A stretch of DNA of 64,000 bases. It comes from a virus (lineage: Duplodnaviria; Caudoviricetes). The stretch spans positions 41,538-105,537 of IMG/VR virus record IMGVR_UViG_3300037067_004901, one strand, 5' to 3'. The notes below the pieces were generated by a model, which saw only the letters and a list, made by a program, of their open reading frames with translations, was not told the DNA's origin and ran no database searches. The position numbers and the translations under genes were made by a program. Shown here piece by piece: positions 60,149 to 64,000 of this stretch. Every line of letters starts with the position of its first letter. The first letter of the stretch is position 1.

Positions 60149-62675
60149 ATCTTTAGACCAACTAGCATTAGATTTAATTAGACAATATGCTACAATTAAA
60201 AAAGATAACGCGTCTATGTCTAGTCAATATTCATCTGATATATTACCATATTCAGCCAATAAAGATGTTTCTAGCGATGAGACTTCTGAGATAGTAAAAA
60301 ATTTGGTTGAAAATCTTAATAAACTTGTACAACCATATATTGATAATGGACTTGAAGTTATAGCAAGTAATCCACCAAACGAATATATTAATATTTCGAG
60401 TGGTGCCGGTGTTGTTTATGGTCATTATATTGAAATAGATGAGAGTATGAAGCTTAGAATTCCATTCGATGGTTTGACATCTGTATTTTATGTTAATTTC
60501 GATGGAACTCAAATCATGATTGAACCTCAAAAATATGATAATAAGCTTGCGCTTGCGAAAGTTGTAATACCTAAACCAGGTACTACTATTGCGATAGAAG
60601 ATGATAAACCATCAGATAATGATAATCTAAATGGTTGGATAGTTAGTGGTAAAGATGTTCTTTTTGATGGTAAGTGGACATTTGATGATGATTCTATTGC
60701 TATGCTTGGTAATAAACTTGGGTATATTTTAGCCAATAATATATATGGTGAAATTAATTTAAGTGAGAATCTTACTATAGCTAATACACAAGGTACTATG
60801 TATGCTGATTCAAAATCTTTATCATTTTACTACGAGAACGCTATAAAAGCTTCGGAATTTAATCGTAATGGTACATATTTTTATGATACATCTGGTTTTG
60901 AATTAGCAAAGTTTACTAACACAGAAGCTAGAGTTGGTAATATAGTAATATATCCAAACTCAATACAATCAAATGATTTTGTATCTGGTAATCTTGGTTC
61001 TGGTTTTCAAATAAAAGATTCTGGAGATGCAGAATTTAATAACATTAGAGCTAGAGGTAAAATATCAACGTCTATTTTTGAGAGAGATTCTGTATCTTCT
61101 ATTGGAGGAAATTTTTTAGTTTGTGATAGTGATATATTAAATTTAGATATGACAGCATTAGATTCTTCTACATTAACTATTATAGGAGATGCTGTATTTG
61201 CAGTAAGTGATATTATACGTATTAGAGATGGCACACACGATGAATGGTTAACAGTTACAGATATATCTAATGCACCTACATATACAGTTACTAGAGATAA
61301 TGCTAATATATATACTTCTAATAATAATCCTATTTGGAAAAAAGGTACCTGTGTAGTAAATTATGGTAATAGTGGTAAGGGTCTTATATTTATGACAGCA
61401 TCAGAATCTAATGCCCCATATCTAAGCATATTAACTCATAGTGGTGCCCCTTGGAATCTAACTACCACTCAACTTAGATTAGGTAATTTAAATGGATTTT
61501 TAGGTTATGTAACTAATAAATATGGTATTGCAATAGGTACTAGTAACAGTTACATGAAATATGATGATATTAATGGTCTTCAAATAAAAGGTAGTATTAC
61601 TATAACTGGTGGTAATGCATCAGTTACATTTTATCAAGATTCTGAACCAAGTAGTGGTATGAAAAATGGGGATTATTGGATTGATACTAACGACAATAAT
61701 AAATTATATACATATCAAAATAATGCTTGGATAGAAATAACTTCTGGTGGTAATGTAACTACTTTTCGACAATCAAGTATACCTGTAGCACTTAATTCGG
61801 GAGACTTATGGATAGATTCTGATAATTCTAAATTATATAGAGCAACCAATGAAGGCGATGATGAGATAAAAGCTGGAGAATGGGAGTTACAAGATGCCGC
61901 AGTTGCTACTGGATGGGCATCAACATCTGATACAACAAAAATAGATGGTGGGTATATTTATACTAATACTGTTACTGCCGATGCTATCAATGTTACAAAT
62001 TTGTCGGCTATCAATGCTGATATGGGAAGCATTACCGCTGGAAATATAACCTTAGATTCTAGTGGATATATTAAAGGTGGACAAACAGATTACACTAGTG
62101 GTGGTGGATTTTTCTTAGGATATAAAACAGATGCATATAAACTTTCTATTGGAAATTCAACAAATAGTTTAAAGTGGAATGGGAGTTCTTTAGTTATTAC
62201 TGGAGAAATTAATGCAACATCAGGTACATTTACAGGTGAAGTTAATGTTGGGACTTCTTCAAATGTTATTATTGATGGTGATAATAAAATTTTAAAAGTT
62301 TTTGGAGATACACTAACTATAACAGCAGATGTTAATGATAAATTAGATTGGATAGAAAATGGTTCAACAAAAGTTGCAACTTTAACAGCATCAACATCAT
62401 ACACACCATCTACTATAGCTAGTGAAGTACAAACAAAAATGAGAGCTACTGGAGATGCGAATACTACGTGTACTTATAATACAACAACGAGATATATTGC
62501 AATAGCAAATAATACTTTATCAACTTTAACTTTAAATTGGGCTTCTGGTGCAAATGCTTTAGTAAGTTGTGGAAAAGTATTAGGCTATAATATTAATACA
62601 AATGATACAGGTTTGTTATCTTATATTGCAGACTATCAAACAGCTTTAAGAGTTGAAATTGGAGAATTGTTATAA
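60135..62675 (+). CDS. Tail spike/fiber-like protein
   Basis: GDAEFNNIRARG, GDYWIDT/GDLWIDS repeats, NLSAINADMGSITAG. Confidence 0.7.
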   Translation: MKSYKSLDQLALDLIRQYATIKKDNASMSSQYSSDILPYSANKDVSSDETSEIVKNLVENLNKLVQPYIDNGLEVIASNPPNEYINISSGAGVVYGHYIEIDESMKLRIPFDGLTSVFYVNFDGTQIMIEPQKYDNKLALAKVVIPKPGTTIAIEDDKPSDNDNLNGWIVSGKDVLFDGKWTFDDDSIAMLGNKLGYILANNIYGEINLSENLTIANTQGTMYADSKSLSFYYENAIKASEFNRNGTYFYDTSGFELAKFTNTEARVGNIVIYPNSIQSNDFVSGNLGSGFQIKDSGDAEFNNIRARGKISTSIFERDSVSSIGGNFLVCDSDILNLDMTALDSSTLTIIGDAVFAVSDIIRIRDGTHDEWLTVTDISNAPTYTVTRDNANIYTSNNNPIWKKGTCVVNYGNSGKGLIFMTASESNAPYLSILTHSGAPWNLTTTQLRLGNLNGFLGYVTNKYGIAIGTSNSYMKYDDINGLQIKGSITITGGNASVTFYQDSEPSSGMKNGDYWIDTNDNNKLYTYQNNAWIEITSGGNVTTFRQSSIPVALNSGDLWIDSDNSKLYRATNEGDDEIKAGEWELQDAAVATGWASTSDTTKIDGGYIYTNTVTADAINVTNLSAINADMGSITAGNITLDSSGYIKGGQTDYTSGGGFFLGYKTDAYKLSIGNSTNSLKWNGSSLVITGEINATSGTFTGEVNVGTSSNVIIDGDNKILKVFGDTLTITADVNDKLDWIENGSTKVATLTASTSYTPSTIASEVQTKMRATGDANTTCTYNTTTRYIAIANNTLSTLTLNWASGANALVSCGKVLGYNINTNDTGLLSYIADYQTALRVEIGELL

Positions 62676-63238
62676 TGAGTTATGGTGTAAGATTAACTGA
62701 TATAGATGGACAAAAACTAGAATTAACCTCAAAATGTGCATCTATTATAGCTAGTGGTACAGCAAATTTATCAAATTCATTAAATGCTGATGATACATAT
62801 GGCGTAGATATAAATTTAAATAGTAGTAGTGCAATATCTGAATCTAATTTAGGGGTTATAATAAATCCAAGCCAAGATATTGTTTATTCAGTTTTGAATA
62901 GAAGATTTGAATACTCTAGTATATTATACGCTAGTAGTCAGTACATGAATTCAGCTTCAACATATTATACAAGAAATGATACAACCGGAGTAATGACTGC
63001 TTGGACTGCTGGTAATTTAACTAATGGAGATAGAAATACTTGGGATAGTGTGTTAGCGGTGTTTCCAATTGCTTTTTGGGATAAACTTGGTGCAACGTCA
63101 TTTACTTCTATTAGATTGTTCTCTGCAATGTGTTATTTAGTTTATGATACATCAGCATCATCTAAAATTATAGTTTATAGCATTGGTAGTGCTGGAATAT
63201 CTTCTATTGAATATGTTATAATCCAAAATGGGAAGTAA
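62675..63238 (+). CDS. Tail-associated protein (putative)
   Basis: MSYGVRL N-terminus; position. Confidence 0.5.
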   Translation: MSYGVRLTDIDGQKLELTSKCASIIASGTANLSNSLNADDTYGVDINLNSSSAISESNLGVIINPSQDIVYSVLNRRFEYSSILYASSQYMNSASTYYTRNDTTGVMTAWTAGNLTNGDRNTWDSVLAVFPIAFWDKLGATSFTSIRLFSAMCYLVYDTSASSKIIVYSIGSAGISSIEYVIIQNGK

Positions 63239-63247
63239 TAATAAATT

Positions 63248-64000
63248 ATGAGTATAAGTGTTTTTGGTGATGGAAGTGATGGAGATGTAACAATATCTAC
63301 TCCAACTACTTTAACGAGCGATAAACAGTATAATAGTTTAACTGTTAATGCTGTATTAAATTGTGCTGGATATAGAATAAGAGTTAAGGGTACTTTAACC
63401 AATAATAACACTATTATAAATAATAATACTTATAGTGGTGGTGCAGGTGGCGCAACTGTAGCCCCTACAGAAGATACTGGTGCAAATAGTAATATTGGTA
63501 CTTTAGGTTCTAATGGTGCTGGTTCTGGTGGAAATAGCGGTGCTAGTGGTGGTACTAATAATTCAATGTTTTTTAATGATGATGGTCCGTATTTATTAAA
63601 TGCACATGGTGGGGCTGGCGGAGCTGGTGGCGCTGGTGGAACTTCTGGTGGCGATATATTTATATATGCAAATATTTTTAATAATCAAGGCACTATAGAT
63701 AGTCGCGGAGGAAATGGTTCTAGTGGGAGCGCAGGTGGAAGCGGAGAAGAAAAAGACGTTGATGGACGTAAAATATTTGGTGGCGGTGGTGGCGGTGGTG
63801 AAGGTGGCGCTGGTGGTGACGGTGGAACAGTAGAAATAGTTTATAACACATTAACAGCAGAGGGCACTATTCTAGTTAGTAGTGGTTCTTCAGGTTCGGG
63901 TGGTGCTGGTGGTACTGTGGGAACATATAGTAGTACCGCAGTATATACTATACAATATTATGGCGGAATTGGAAGTCGTGGTGGTAGTGGCGGGGGGTTT
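63248..64000 (+). CDS. Glycine-rich tail protein (runs off window)
   Basis: MSISVFGDGSDGDVT..., GGAGG repeats, no stop seen before the end. Confidence 0.7.
   Translation, partial: MSISVFGDGSDGDVTISTPTTLTSDKQYNSLTVNAVLNCAGYRIRVKGTLTNNNTIINNNTYSGGAGGATVAPTEDTGANSNIGTLGSNGAGSGGNSGASGGTNNSMFFNDDGPYLLNAHGGAGGAGGAGGTSGGDIFIYANIFNNQGTIDSRGGNGSSGSAGGSGEEKDVDGRKIFGGGGGGGEGGAGGDGGTVEIVYNTLTAEGTILVSSGSSGSGGAGGTVGTYSSTAVYTIQYYGGIGSRGGSGGGF

Noticed and set aside
45764-64000. Diversity-generating retroelement or contractile tail
   Set aside because: No reverse transcriptase, no TR/VR pair and no sheath gene were seen in the window.

Overview
The window is part of a large, AT-rich tailed dsDNA bacteriophage genome, probably a siphovirus because it has a tape measure protein and no sheath gene. 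It uses the standard code and is coded almost entirely on the + strand. 1-5.4 kb holds a mostly non-coding/early region: an Hjc-like resolvase, repeated short motifs, consensus sigma70 promoters, a candidate structured RNA and two paralogous basic proteins. 5.4-15 kb holds six tRNAs, a bacterial-type GroEL, glycosyltransferases, and a Ro60/TROVE gene preceded by four tandem Y-RNA-like units. 16-37 kb holds the terminase, an ~11.6 kb sugar-biosynthesis/methylation island, portal, protease/scaffold and capsid genes. 38-46 kb is a second glycosylation island, and 46-64 kb is the head-tail and tail module, including a -1 frameshifted tail chaperone. The strongest unusual signals are: (i) the Ro60-linked array of Y-RNA-like scaffolds with variable payloads, one of ~280 nt; (ii) a 743-bp transcription unit with no GG or CC dinucleotide, with a GG-free ribosome-binding site and matching Gly/Pro loss in the nearby GroEL; (iii) a large phage glycosylation system plus a recurrent [S/T]-G-[A/S] motif in virion proteins. 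All calls come from reading the sequence; no searches were run.
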